Source of the DNA: an uncultured Clostridia bacterium
Lineage (GTDB): Bacteria > Bacillota > Clostridia > Tissierellales > Peptoniphilaceae
Reading direction: 5' to 3'
Length of the DNA: 44,462 bases
Assembly: GCA_945916025.1 (NCBI GenBank)
Contig: CAMEGD010000001.1
Span: 1 to 44,462, forward strand
Shown here: positions 9,352 through 18,924 of the stretch, piece by piece
Numbering within the stretch: position 1 is the first letter of the stretch
Layout: the number at the start of each line of letters is the position of its first letter
Program-made: the position numbers and the translations under genes
Notes under the pieces: generated by a model
The model's input: only the letters and a program-made list of their open reading frames with translations
The model's database searches: none
Told to the model about the DNA's origin: nothing

Positions 9352-9962
9352 TGGACAAGGACATAATCCTAAAGGGTATTATATTATTAGCCTCTTATTT
9401 AATCGGGAGTGTATCTCCAGCCTATCTAATAGGAAAATATATATACGGCTTTGATATTAGGACTAAGGGAAGTGGAAACCCTGGGACTACAAATGCCTAT
9501 AGGACCATGGGTGGAAAGGTAGCCTTAGTTACTTTGATATTTGATGTATTTAAGGCAGCCTTAGGAGCTTTCTTAGGAAACAAGTTTGTAGGTCCTGAAT
9601 TTGCTCCTTACTCTGGTATGATGGGGATTTTAGGCCACAACTTTCCATTTTATCTAGGATTTAAGGGGGGGAAGGGAGTAGCCACATCTATTGGGGTTTG
9701 TGCATATATAGCCCCTAAGGTTTTACTATTTTGTGCTATTCCAGGCTTAATAGTCCTATTTATTACTAAGATGGTATCAGCAGCCAGTGTAACAGGATTT
9801 ATCTTCTTGTTTTTAACAGGGATTTACATGTATGCAACCCAAGGGCTATCAAGTCACGTAGTTGTTTTTATAATAATAAGTGTCCTAAATATTATTAGGC
9901 ACAAGGAAAACATTAAGAGAATATTAAATAAAACTGAAAGTAAATTTGGGGTAAAGAAATGA
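9351..9962 (+). CDS. plsY: Glycerol-3-phosphate acyltransferase PlsY
   Basis: GSGNPGTTN, GHNFP..GFKGGKGVAT and RHKENIKR motifs. Confidence 0.95.
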   Translation: MDKDIILKGIILLASYLIGSVSPAYLIGKYIYGFDIRTKGSGNPGTTNAYRTMGGKVALVTLIFDVFKAALGAFLGNKFVGPEFAPYSGMMGILGHNFPFYLGFKGGKGVATSIGVCAYIAPKVLLFCAIPGLIVLFITKMVSAASVTGFIFLFLTGIYMYATQGLSSHVVVFIIISVLNIIRHKENIKRILNKTESKFGVKK

Positions 9963-10963
9963 AAAAAATTGGAGTTATAGGGGGCGGAAGTTGGGGAACA
10001 GCCCTAGCTAGGGAATTAGCCTTAAAAGATCATGATGTTTATCAATACATTAGAAATAAAGACCAGGTAGAAGACCTTAGTAAAACAGGAATTAATAAAA
10101 AGTATCTGCCAAATGTAAAATTACCAAGTAATTTAAACTACACTTGGGATTTAAATGAGTCCATAAGAGGATCAGAATTTTTAATTCTTGCTGTACCAAC
10201 TAATTCAGTAAGGAGTATTCTTGAAGAAATTAAGGACAAGGTAGAAAAAGATACTATAATTATAAATGTTGCAAAGGGAATTGAAGTAGATTCTTTAAAG
10301 AGAATTTCCCAAATTGTAGCTGAATACCTACCTGATAATAAATTCGTAGCCCTATCTGGACCAACCCATGCAGAAGAGGTAGCCATAGACTATCCATCTA
10401 CAATAGTAGCAGCTTCTAGTGATTTAGATGCTGCTAATGAAGTTCAAAACTTATTTATGTCAAATACATTTAGGGTTTATACAAATGATGACCTTATTGG
10501 AGTTGAACTATCTGGAGCCTTAAAAAACATTATAGCTCTTGCAAACGGTATTTTAGTAGGCTTAGGCTATGGAGATAACTCTAAAGCTGCCCTAATGACT
10601 AGGGGGCTTTCAGAACTTTCTAGATTAGTAATAGCCATGGGAGGCCTTCCAAGTACGACTTTAGGCCTTGCAGGAGTTGGAGATATAATTGTAACTTGTA
10701 CCAGTGAACACTCTAGAAATAGAAAGTGTGGTGTCTTGATTGGTCGGGGAAAAAGTGTCGAAGAGGCAGTTGAAGAAGTAGAAATGGTAGTTGAAGGTAT
10801 AAAGACAACTAAAGCTGCCAAGGAACTTAGCGACAAGTTTGATGTTGAAATGCCAATTGTAGATGCCCTTTATGAAGTGATTTATAAGGGAGCTAATGTA
10901 AAGGACATGGCAGAAAAACTTATGTCTAGGGAGAAAAAGCACGAATTAGAAGGAATAATTTAG
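9959..10963 (+). CDS. gpsA: NAD(P)H-dependent glycerol-3-phosphate dehydrogenase
   Basis: GGGSWGTA, LSGPTHAEEV, GALKNIIA and TCTSEHSRN. Confidence 0.97.
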   Translation: MKKIGVIGGGSWGTALARELALKDHDVYQYIRNKDQVEDLSKTGINKKYLPNVKLPSNLNYTWDLNESIRGSEFLILAVPTNSVRSILEEIKDKVEKDTIIINVAKGIEVDSLKRISQIVAEYLPDNKFVALSGPTHAEEVAIDYPSTIVAASSDLDAANEVQNLFMSNTFRVYTNDDLIGVELSGALKNIIALANGILVGLGYGDNSKAALMTRGLSELSRLVIAMGGLPSTTLGLAGVGDIIVTCTSEHSRNRKCGVLIGRGKSVEEAVEEVEMVVEGIKTTKAAKELSDKFDVEMPIVDALYEVIYKGANVKDMAEKLMSREKKHELEGII

Positions 10964-10966
10964 GAG

Positions 10967-12241
10967 TTGGTGGACTTGAGTCCTAAAAAAAGACTGATAA
11001 GAAACAGAAAAAGGCTTAGGTTGGTTTTTTTAGTACTTGTATTAATACTTGTCTTTGCAGGATATTTTAGCAGGTCAAAGGCAACTAATATAGAAACTGT
11101 AAAGCCTGTAAAATACGATTATATAGATAAAATAGATACTAAGGGATATTTAATTTTAGATGAAAAAACCTATACCTCCCAGGGAAAGGGAGTTGTGGAC
11201 TATAGCGTCAGAGATGGAGAAAGGGTTTCCAAAGACTATGTAATAGCAAATCTAAACCTTATGTCTGATGTAAGTGACCTTAAGGATGAACTTTTAAAGG
11301 TTCAATCTGCCATAGAACATAAAAACCAAAACCTTAATCCAAGTAACCAAGAATTTGAAATTAGTGACAAGGAAATTAATCTAATAAGTACAATTCAAGA
11401 CTCCCTTATAAAGGAAGAAATGCCTGGAGTCTTAGAGTCCATAGAAACCTTAGAATTAAATACAAAAAAGAATGTGGATATTTCTGAAATATCATCCTTA
11501 ATTAATCTGTCTAACCAAGAGTTAGAAGATAGAAGAGATGAGCTAAGTAGAGAAATAGCTACTAACAATATAGTTTATAAGTCAGAAAATTCTGGCATAG
11601 TATCTTACAAAATTGACAACCTAGAGGAAGTCTTTACAGTAGAAAAGATACCAGAAATGACCTATGACTTTATTAAAGAAAATAGTAATATAACTTACAA
11701 AGGTCAAACTAACCAAGTAGAGACAGGTGAGCCTCTCTATAAGATAGTTGACAACTTTTCTTACTATATGGCTATACCAGTAGATGATATTTCAAAGATT
11801 AGGTCCCTAAGAAAAGAGGACAAGGTGGACTTACTTATTAATTCCGACACTAGTCTAAGTGGAGAAATTGTAGAGATTAACAAGACTGATAAAACGGGAG
11901 TAATTGTAGTATTATTAAAGGAAAAGCTTTCTGAAGTTGGTCTAGATAGACAAGTCGATGTAAGTATTATAAAGGACAGGTCAGATTCTTATTTGGTACC
12001 AACTAGTTCTATAGTTGAGTCTAACAACACCTCAGGTTTGTATCTTCTAGAGCTGAATGGGATTGTACGATTTAGGCCAATAAAAATTATTAGCCAAAGG
12101 GGCGAAGAAACAATTGTTGAAAGAGGAGACTCAAAGGGCTATATTAAGGGTAAGAATAATAAAGAAGTTAGGACGATTACAGTGTTTGATCAAATAATAA
12201 AAGATCCAAGGGATATAGAGGAAGGACAGATTATTAGATAA
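10967..12241 (+). CDS. HlyD/membrane-fusion-like protein with a single N-terminal anchor
   Basis: Basic N-terminus plus TM helix, lipoyl-like halves (GVVDYSVRDGERV, SGIVSYKID) around a coiled coil, and VPTSSI. The exact start (TTG or GTG) is uncertain. Confidence 0.7.
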   Translation: MVDLSPKKRLIRNRKRLRLVFLVLVLILVFAGYFSRSKATNIETVKPVKYDYIDKIDTKGYLILDEKTYTSQGKGVVDYSVRDGERVSKDYVIANLNLMSDVSDLKDELLKVQSAIEHKNQNLNPSNQEFEISDKEINLISTIQDSLIKEEMPGVLESIETLELNTKKNVDISEISSLINLSNQELEDRRDELSREIATNNIVYKSENSGIVSYKIDNLEEVFTVEKIPEMTYDFIKENSNITYKGQTNQVETGEPLYKIVDNFSYYMAIPVDDISKIRSLRKEDKVDLLINSDTSLSGEIVEINKTDKTGVIVVLLKEKLSEVGLDRQVDVSIIKDRSDSYLVPTSSIVESNNTSGLYLLELNGIVRFRPIKIISQRGEETIVERGDSKGYIKGKNNKEVRTITVFDQIIKDPRDIEEGQIIR

Positions 12242-12242
12242 A

Positions 12243-12932
12243 ATGAGTGTAAAAGATAATTTAAATGAAATAACAGCAAAAATTGAAGAAGCTAAAAAAC
12301 GTTCAAATAGAACTGACGATGTATTATTACTAGCAGTTTCAAAGACTATTGACTACGGAAGAATTGATGAGTCCATAGACTGGGGAGTAAGAAAAATTGG
12401 AGAAAACAAGGTCCAAGACTTACTTGAAAGGATAGACCATTATGGGGACAAACTAGACTATCACTTTATTGGGTCCTTACAAAGAAACAAGGTAAAGGAT
12501 ATTGTAGGAAAGGTCGAACTTATCCATTCAGTAGACTCTGAAAGACTGGCTAGGGAAGTTGACAAAAGATCCAAAAATATTGACCATATTCAAGACATCT
12601 TAATTCAAGTAAATGTATCTAAAGAAGAAAGTAAATCTGGGGTCTATCTTGAAGATTTAGACCAGTTCGTGTATAATATTTTAGAACTAGATAACATTAG
12701 AATTAGAGGCTTAATGACCATGGCACCATTTGATGCTGACGAAGAAGAACTTAGGGATATATTTAGAAGATTAAAAGAGGCCTTTACTGAAATAAAAGAA
12801 AAATACAACAATGAAAAAATAAAGATGGACTATCTATCAATGGGAATGTCAGGCGATTTTGAAATTGCCATAGAAGAAGGGGCAAACATTGTAAGAGTTG
12901 GTTCAGGCATTTATGGAAAAAGAAACTATTAG
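12243..12932 (+). CDS. yggS: YggS/YlmE PLP homeostasis protein
   Basis: LLAVSKT, GENKVQD, HFIGSLQRNKVK and LSMGMSGDFEIAIEEGANIVRVGS. Confidence 0.96.
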   Translation: MSVKDNLNEITAKIEEAKKRSNRTDDVLLLAVSKTIDYGRIDESIDWGVRKIGENKVQDLLERIDHYGDKLDYHFIGSLQRNKVKDIVGKVELIHSVDSERLAREVDKRSKNIDHIQDILIQVNVSKEESKSGVYLEDLDQFVYNILELDNIRIRGLMTMAPFDADEEELRDIFRRLKEAFTEIKEKYNNEKIKMDYLSMGMSGDFEIAIEEGANIVRVGSGIYGKRNY

Positions 12933-12940
12933 GAGGAAGT

Positions 12941-13408
12941 ATGGAAAAATTAAAAAATTTCTTTGGATTCGGCGATGAATATGAAGATGGAGATGACATT
13001 TACGAGTCTGAACAAGTAGCTATTAAGGTAGCTGACTCACAACCACAAAGGGATGAAGTTTCACAAGCTGTATCACAAGAAAGAACTACTAGGACTAAAC
13101 CTTCAAGACCTATGGGAACTAGCTCAAGTAACGTACAAATGAAGATTTGTATTCATGAACCACTAAGCTATGACGAAGCTCCTTTAGTTGTAGATGATTT
13201 AAGGCTTAGAAAAGCTGTAGTACTTAACTTTGAACAACTTGAACTAAACGTAAAGAGACAAATCTTTGATTTTGTAAATGGGTCTTTATATGCAATTGAT
13301 GGTAAAATTCAAAAGGTTAACAAGGATATCTTTATTTTAGCTCCATCAAACATTGAAATTGAAGGCTTAAAGGCTGAATTACAAGAAAAGGGCGTATTTC
13401 CCTGGTAA
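12941..13408 (+). CDS. sepF: Cell division protein SepF
   Basis: Amphipathic N-terminus, EPLSYDEA..VVLNFE..RQIFDFVNG..IFILAP, and position after yggS. Confidence 0.92.
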   Translation: MEKLKNFFGFGDEYEDGDDIYESEQVAIKVADSQPQRDEVSQAVSQERTTRTKPSRPMGTSSSNVQMKICIHEPLSYDEAPLVVDDLRLRKAVVLNFEQLELNVKRQIFDFVNGSLYAIDGKIQKVNKDIFILAPSNIEIEGLKAELQEKGVFPW

Positions 13409-13411
13409 TAT

Positions 13412-14200
13412 ATGAAAATAAATAAAGAAGAGTACCTTCTTCACATTCAAGATGAAAAAGAAAAAATCCAAATGAAGAGGGTACTTGACTTAATTGAAAT
13501 CACCATAAACCGACATACAATTAGTTACACTGACTTTTTAGAACCAAACCTTATTAGACTAGCAGAGTCAATTTTAAACAGGTTTCGAGAAATAGGCTAT
13601 CATATAGATGGGGGCTTTGAAAATGCAGAAAGAAAGATAATATCTATTTATAGTTGGTATTATTTTTATGAAAAAAATTCTGACTCAAAGGTTGTAGGAC
13701 TAGAAATAAAAGGAAATATTAATAATATTGAACACAGAGATGTTTTAGGCAGCTTACTAGGTCTTGGACTTGTAAGGGACATTATTGGAGATATAGGATT
13801 TTTTGAGAACTCCATAAAAGTTGCCATAAATAAGGACATCTCAAATTTTATTATATATAACTTAAATAAAGTAAAAAGAGAAAATGTTAAGGTAAAACTT
13901 ATTCCAGGGGAGGACCTTGGTCAAATCATTGTAGATGGAGATGAGAAATTTATAATAGCTCCAAGTATGAGACTTGATTCAATAATAAGCGAGGCCTTAA
14001 ATTTATCAAGATCAGATGCTCAAAAATATATTTCCTCAAACCTTGTGAAGGTTAACTACTCCTATGAAACAAAGGCCCACAAGGATCTAAAGATTGGAGA
14101 CTTAATTTCTGTAAGGGGGAAGGGTAGGTTTCATATAAAGTCATCAGAAGGATTAACAAAAAAAGAGAGGATTAAATTAGTCCTTTTCTTTCCAAAATAA
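13412..14200 (+). CDS. ylmH: YlmH/Sll1252 family S4-domain RNA-binding protein
   Basis: TDFL, GGFENAERK, HRDVLGSLLGLG, SMRLD and GDLISVRGKGR. Confidence 0.92.
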   Translation: MKINKEEYLLHIQDEKEKIQMKRVLDLIEITINRHTISYTDFLEPNLIRLAESILNRFREIGYHIDGGFENAERKIISIYSWYYFYEKNSDSKVVGLEIKGNINNIEHRDVLGSLLGLGLVRDIIGDIGFFENSIKVAINKDISNFIIYNLNKVKRENVKVKLIPGEDLGQIIVDGDEKFIIAPSMRLDSIISEALNLSRSDAQKYISSNLVKVNYSYETKAHKDLKIGDLISVRGKGRFHIKSSEGLTKKERIKLVLFFPK

Positions 14201-14214
14201 AAGATGGAGAAAAT

Positions 14215-14679
14215 ATGTTAGCGTTAATTATCACAATATCTTGTGTTTTCATAGATCAAATTACAAAATTTTTAGTTTTGCAAAACCTTAAGGGTTCAAG
14301 TCCTATAATTGTAATAGAAAATCTGCTTACCTTTACTTATGTAGAAAATAGAGGGGCAGCCTTTGGAATTCTTCAAAACAAAAAGTGGTTTTTCGTAGTT
14401 ATTACTGTAGTAAGTGTACTCATCTTGCTTTACGTATTATTTAACCACTATAACACCCTACCAATGTGGCTTTTAGTATCCCTTTCCTTAATATTAGGTG
14501 GTACTATTGGAAACTTTATTGACAGGATGAGACTTGGATTTGTTGTAGACTTTATAAGTGTAAGGTTTTTTAATAGGTATAATTTTGCAGTATTTAACTT
14601 AGCTGACTCCTTTATAGTAGTGGGAGCCTTTATGCTTATGATATATATTTTATTTTTAGAACAAAAGAGGTCTAAATGA
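14215..14679 (+). CDS. lspA: Lipoprotein signal peptidase II
   Basis: DQITK, NRGAAFG, GNFIDR, VVDFI and FNLAD. Confidence 0.96.
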   Translation: MLALIITISCVFIDQITKFLVLQNLKGSSPIIVIENLLTFTYVENRGAAFGILQNKKWFFVVITVVSVLILLYVLFNHYNTLPMWLLVSLSLILGGTIGNFIDRMRLGFVVDFISVRFFNRYNFAVFNLADSFIVVGAFMLMIYILFLEQKRSK

Positions 14680-15578
14680 AGTACAAGCTAGTATCTAATG
14701 AAAAAGACAAGAGAATAGACAAGTATTTAGCTGAAAACACAGACCTTTCTAGAAGTCAAATAAAGAACCTAATAGAAAGTAAGGAAGTTTTTGTAAATAA
14801 CAAGACGATTAAATCAAGTTATAAGGTGGACCTTTTTGATGAAATCGTCTTTTCTTACATAGAAGAACAAATAAAACTAATCCCAAAGGAAATGGACCTG
14901 GATATAGTATATGAAGATGAAGATTTATTAGTCATAAATAAGCAAAAAGACTTGATAATCCACCCAGCTAACAATGACCAGCAAGATACCTTAGTAAATG
15001 GCCTATTATTTAGATATGAGAAATTAGGGAATATGGACTCCAATAGACCAGGAATTGTGCACAGACTAGACAAGGATACAAGTGGCCTATTAGTTGTAGC
15101 AAAAAATGACTTTACTTACGAAACTTTGGTAGAAGCTTTTTCAAAGAGACAGGTTAAGAGAAGGTATTATGCCCTTGTTCATGGACAGGTAAATGGATCA
15201 GTTTTAATCGACAAGCCAATAGGGAGAAATGAAAGGGATAGGATAAAGTTTGGAATAAACTTTAAAAATGGCAAGAAAGCAGTAACGAAAATTAGTCCAT
15301 TAAAAGTCTTTGAATCCTATAGCCTTTTAGATGTGGAATTATTTACAGGGAGGACCCATCAAATAAGGGTTCATTTAGAATCCCTTGGCCACCCTGTTGT
15401 CGGAGACTTATTCTATGGAAATAAAAATGAGTTTTCTCTAGATAGTCAGCTACTTCATTGTTACTATTTAAAGTTTACCCACCCAAGGACAAAAGAGGAA
15501 ATAAAAATAAGAACAGACCTTCCAGAATACTTTTTGGAAATACTTAGGAGGATTGAAAATGAAAGTAATCTTAAATGA
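14676..15578 (+). CDS. rluD: RluA/RluD family 23S rRNA pseudouridine synthase
   Basis: S4 domain, HRLDKDTSG, TGRTHQIRVH and GHPVVGD. Confidence 0.9.
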   Translation: MKYKLVSNEKDKRIDKYLAENTDLSRSQIKNLIESKEVFVNNKTIKSSYKVDLFDEIVFSYIEEQIKLIPKEMDLDIVYEDEDLLVINKQKDLIIHPANNDQQDTLVNGLLFRYEKLGNMDSNRPGIVHRLDKDTSGLLVVAKNDFTYETLVEAFSKRQVKRRYYALVHGQVNGSVLIDKPIGRNERDRIKFGINFKNGKKAVTKISPLKVFESYSLLDVELFTGRTHQIRVHLESLGHPVVGDLFYGNKNEFSLDSQLLHCYYLKFTHPRTKEEIKIRTDLPEYFLEILRRIENESNLK

Positions 15579-16077
15579 TCAGGAAATAAAAAGAGTAGTT
15601 ACTAGAATATCCCATGAAATTTTAGAAAGAAACGAAAGGTATGACAATATTGTATTTCTAGGAATTGTAACTAGGGGTTATGAACTTGCAACTAGACTTT
15701 CAAATAGAATAAGTGAAATTGAAAATATAAAAATTCCAGTATATAGACTAGATGTAAGAAATTTTAGAGATGACCTAAAGTCCTTAGAAGAAAGAGTAGA
15801 AGAAATTAATCTCCCAGAAATTTCAGTAGACGAAAAAAATGTAATTATAGTAGACGATGTAGTTTATACCGGAAGAACTACAAGGGCGGCTCTAGATGCT
15901 ATAGTAGAACTAGGTAGGCCTTCAATGGTCCAACTTGCAGCCTTAGTAGATAGAGGCCACAGGGAATTTCCAATAAGACCAGACTATGTAGGAAAAAACA
16001 TCCCAACTTCTAGAGATGAACAAGTAGTCTTAAACTTAGAAGAAGTAGATGGATGCGACCAAGTTTATATAGACTAG
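15559..16077 (+). CDS. pyrR: PyrR pyrimidine regulator / uracil phosphoribosyltransferase
   Basis: TRISHEILE, VDDVVYTGRT and DRGHREFPIRPDYVGKN. The ATG at 15559 fits the AGGAGG spacing. Confidence 0.95.
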   Translation: MKVILNDQEIKRVVTRISHEILERNERYDNIVFLGIVTRGYELATRLSNRISEIENIKIPVYRLDVRNFRDDLKSLEERVEEINLPEISVDEKNVIIVDDVVYTGRTTRAALDAIVELGRPSMVQLAALVDRGHREFPIRPDYVGKNIPTSRDEQVVLNLEEVDGCDQVYID

Positions 16078-16328
16078 AACAATTTGACACCCTCATTAAT
16101 TTAGATGGTTTCTTTTTTGTGTAAAAATAAGGTTATGGGGTTACCTCACCTGATTCGTAAACATGGTGGAAAGGGTGAGATTCTTATCTTTGAAAATAAG
16201 TTAAACAATTATCAATTACTGACGTATTTTTCTCTTTTTTATCTTCTATAACTCGTAAATTTTACTATAAATTAAGTATTTTACCTAATTACACATATAC
16301 TTTACCAAGGTGAAATCTTAATGAAAAC

Positions 16329-16346
16329 ATGACATTATATTGTCAT
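16329..16346. promoter_or_regulatory. Palindromic operator candidate upstream of yfcC-pepT
   Basis: Perfect ATGACA-N6-TGTCAT inverted repeat about 70 nt before the yfcC start. Confidence 0.45.
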
Positions 16347-16413
16347 TTTTATAGAAAATTTTATTTATTAAGACTATACTATTAATGTTAAAAAATTTAG
16401 GGGGAAAGAAACA

Positions 16414-17452
16414 ATGGAAAATAGAGAGAAAAAGGTTAAGGAAAAGAAAAAATCATCTTTCCCTTAAGCCTTTATGGTATTATTTATAGTATTAGTTATT
16501 GCAGCCTTTTTAACTTTTGTAGTACCAGCAGATACTTATGATAGGTTAAGTTATGATGGGGAAGCTAATAGCTTTATAGTAGAAAGTTATGGTGGAGAAA
16601 TTTCAACTCTTGATGCTACTCAAGAAGAGCTTGATGCCTTGGGAGTAACTATTCCACTAGAGAACTTTAATAGTTGCCCAAATAATTACTTTAATTTATA
16701 TTTATAGGTATGCACGAAAAGTAAAAAAAAGACCCATCAAAATCATTAGTTGCTGAAGATATACCTAGAATAAAGGAAAGATTTTTAAAAGACTATGACC
16801 CAGACAATGTTCTTCCATTTGATGCTAGAAGAATTGGAATGTTAGCCCTGTTAGTTTTAGCATTTCCGATTATGATTTGGGGTGTTCCATTTCAAGGTTG
16901 GTGGTTTGAAGAAATGTCAGCCCTATTCTTAGGAGTTGGAATTATTAATATTGTCCTTTCTAACTTAGGAGAAAAGAAGGCTGTAAATACTTTCTTAGAT
17001 GGAGCAGCTGACTTAGTAAGTGTAGCCCTAATTATTGGGGTAGCTAGGGGTATAAACCTTATTATGGACCAAGGAATGATTTCAGATACAATATTATTCT
17101 ATACTTCAAATATAATAGGTAATATGAATGGAGTCTTATTCTCATCTGTACAAATGCTTTTATTCTCTATACTTGGAATATTTATTCCATCTTCTTCAGG
17201 ACTTGCAACTTTATCAATGCCAATAGTTGCACCTTTAGCTGATGCAGTAAATGTAGGTAGGGACGTAGTTGTTTCAGCTTATAACTATGGACAAGGTTGG
17301 ATGTCATTTATAACACCAACTGGACTTATTTTAGCTACCTCAGAAAAGGTAGATGTATCCACTATGACAAATGGCTAAAATTCATACTGCCATTAATGGC
17401 TATTATAGGTGTCTTTGCCCTAGTTATGCTAGGAGTTCAAACTGTATTTTAA
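16414..17452 (+). pseudogene. YfcC family (DcuC-like / basic amino acid or peptide antiporter) pseudogene
   Basis: SD and ATG at 16414, in-frame TAA at 16465 inside FP*AFMVLF, frame changes near 16669, at the A8 run 16723-16730 and near 17361. Family motifs YARKVKK-DPSKS, GWWFEEMSALF, FIPSSSGLATLSMPI and YDKWLKF are present. Confidence 0.88.
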
Positions 17453-17464
17453 TAGGAGGAAATT

Positions 17465-18676
17465 ATGGACAAAATGTTAGAAAGATTTTTAAAATATATT
17501 AGTATTGATACAAAAAGTGATGAAGACAATGAAAGTTGCCCTTCATCCCAAGGACAAGTAGAGCTTGGAAAATTACTAGTAGAGGAACTTAAAGAAATGG
17601 GAATAAGTGATGCCTACCAAGATGAACATGGATATGTATATGGTTCTTTAAAGGGAAATATAACAGATGCTAAAACTATAGGATTAATTGCCCACATGGA
17701 TACTGCTCCAGATTTGGATGGCAAATGTACAAATCCTCAAATTGTAGAAAACTATCCTGGTGGAGACATTGTCTTGAATGACAAGTACAGTCTAACTACT
17801 AAGGAATTTCCATTTTTAGAAGGCCTAAAGGGCCATACACTTGTTACTACAGATGGAACTACCCTTTTAGGTGGAGATGACAAAGCTGGAATAGCAATTA
17901 TTATGTCAACCCTAAAAGAATTAGTAGAAAATCCAAGGATAAAACATGGAGACATTAAGGTAGCCTTTACTCCAGATGAAGAAATAGGAAGAGGGGCAGA
18001 CTTATTTAATGTAGAAAGCTTTGGAGCAGACTTTGCATATACCTTAGATGGAGGACCTATTGGAGAATTAGAATATGAAAACTTCAATGGTGCCACAGTA
18101 AACATTAAAATCCAAGGGAAAAATGTTCATCCAGGTTCTGCAAAAGACATTATGATTAACTCCCTATTAATTGCTATGGAACTAAACTCATTATTACCAG
18201 TAGCTCAAAGGCCAGAACATACCCAAGGTTACGAAGGTTTTTATCTATTAGATGAGATAAAGGGTCTAGTTGATTATACAGAAATGACTTATATTATTAG
18301 GGACCATTCAAGGGGAAAATTTGAAGATAAAAAAACCCTAATAAAGGAAATTGTAGACTTCTTAAACAAAAAATATGGCAATCTAATAGAAATTGATATT
18401 GAAGATTCTTACTACAATATGAAAGAAAAAATTAAGCCTCATATGGAAATAATAGACCTTGCTAAGAAATCTATGGAAGAAGTTGGAGTTGAACCTATTA
18501 TAAAACCTATAAGAGGTGGCACTGACGGAGCTAAACTTTCTTATATGGGTCTACCAACACCAAACTTATTTACAGGTGGATATAATTACCATGGAAGGTT
18601 TGAAATTTTATCCTATGATATTATGAAAAAAGCCTTAGAAGTAGTATTGAAGATAGTAGAAAATAACACTCTATAA
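17465..18676 (+). CDS. pepT: Peptidase T (tripeptide aminopeptidase, M20B)
   Basis: AHMDT, GGDDKAG, FTPDEEIG, HPGSAK, PIRGGTDG and NYHGRFE. Confidence 0.96.
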   Translation: MDKMLERFLKYISIDTKSDEDNESCPSSQGQVELGKLLVEELKEMGISDAYQDEHGYVYGSLKGNITDAKTIGLIAHMDTAPDLDGKCTNPQIVENYPGGDIVLNDKYSLTTKEFPFLEGLKGHTLVTTDGTTLLGGDDKAGIAIIMSTLKELVENPRIKHGDIKVAFTPDEEIGRGADLFNVESFGADFAYTLDGGPIGELEYENFNGATVNIKIQGKNVHPGSAKDIMINSLLIAMELNSLLPVAQRPEHTQGYEGFYLLDEIKGLVDYTEMTYIIRDHSRGKFEDKKTLIKEIVDFLNKKYGNLIEIDIEDSYYNMKEKIKPHMEIIDLAKKSMEEVGVEPIIKPIRGGTDGAKLSYMGLPTPNLFTGGYNYHGRFEILSYDIMKKALEVVLKIVENNTL

Positions 18677-18686
18677 AGGAGGAATT

Positions 18687-18752
18687 ATGACAAAAACCCT
18701 AAATTCAGAGAGAGTACTTCATTATTTTGAAGAACTGTCTAGCTTAATTTGA
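18687..18752 (+). pseudogene. N-terminal stub of a PepD-like (aminoacyl-His dipeptidase) gene
   Basis: Strong AAGGAGG SD followed by MTKTLNSERVLHYFEELSSLI*, resembling the PepD N-terminus (ERVFHYFEEISKIPR). The ORF ends in AT-rich non-coding DNA. Confidence 0.6.
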
Positions 18753-18873
18753 AAAATAAAAAAATAATAAAAAAGATAAGTAAAATAGAAAAATACAATA
18801 CTTAAACCATAATGAGTTCTTATACTTTTGACAAAAATAAAAAAAGTCTTCAATAATATATGATTTATTATCT

Positions 18874-18918
18874 AAAAAACCTCCTATTGGTTGAATTTAT
18901 TTTCCAATTAGGAGGTTT
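18874..18918 (-). terminator. Terminator of the ABC transporter operon, possibly bidirectional
   Basis: AAACCTCCTATTGG...CCAATTAGGAGGTTT inverted repeat with an A6 run on its left. Confidence 0.75.
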
Positions 18919-18924
18919 AATATT

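Noticed and set aside
16078-16200. PyrR-binding attenuator downstream of pyrR
   Set aside because: No AGUCCAGAGAGGCU-like binding loop is present and no pyr gene follows.
16723-16730. A8 tract as a phase-variation switch in yfcC
   Set aside because: The gene has three other inactivating lesions, so slippage alone could not restore it.
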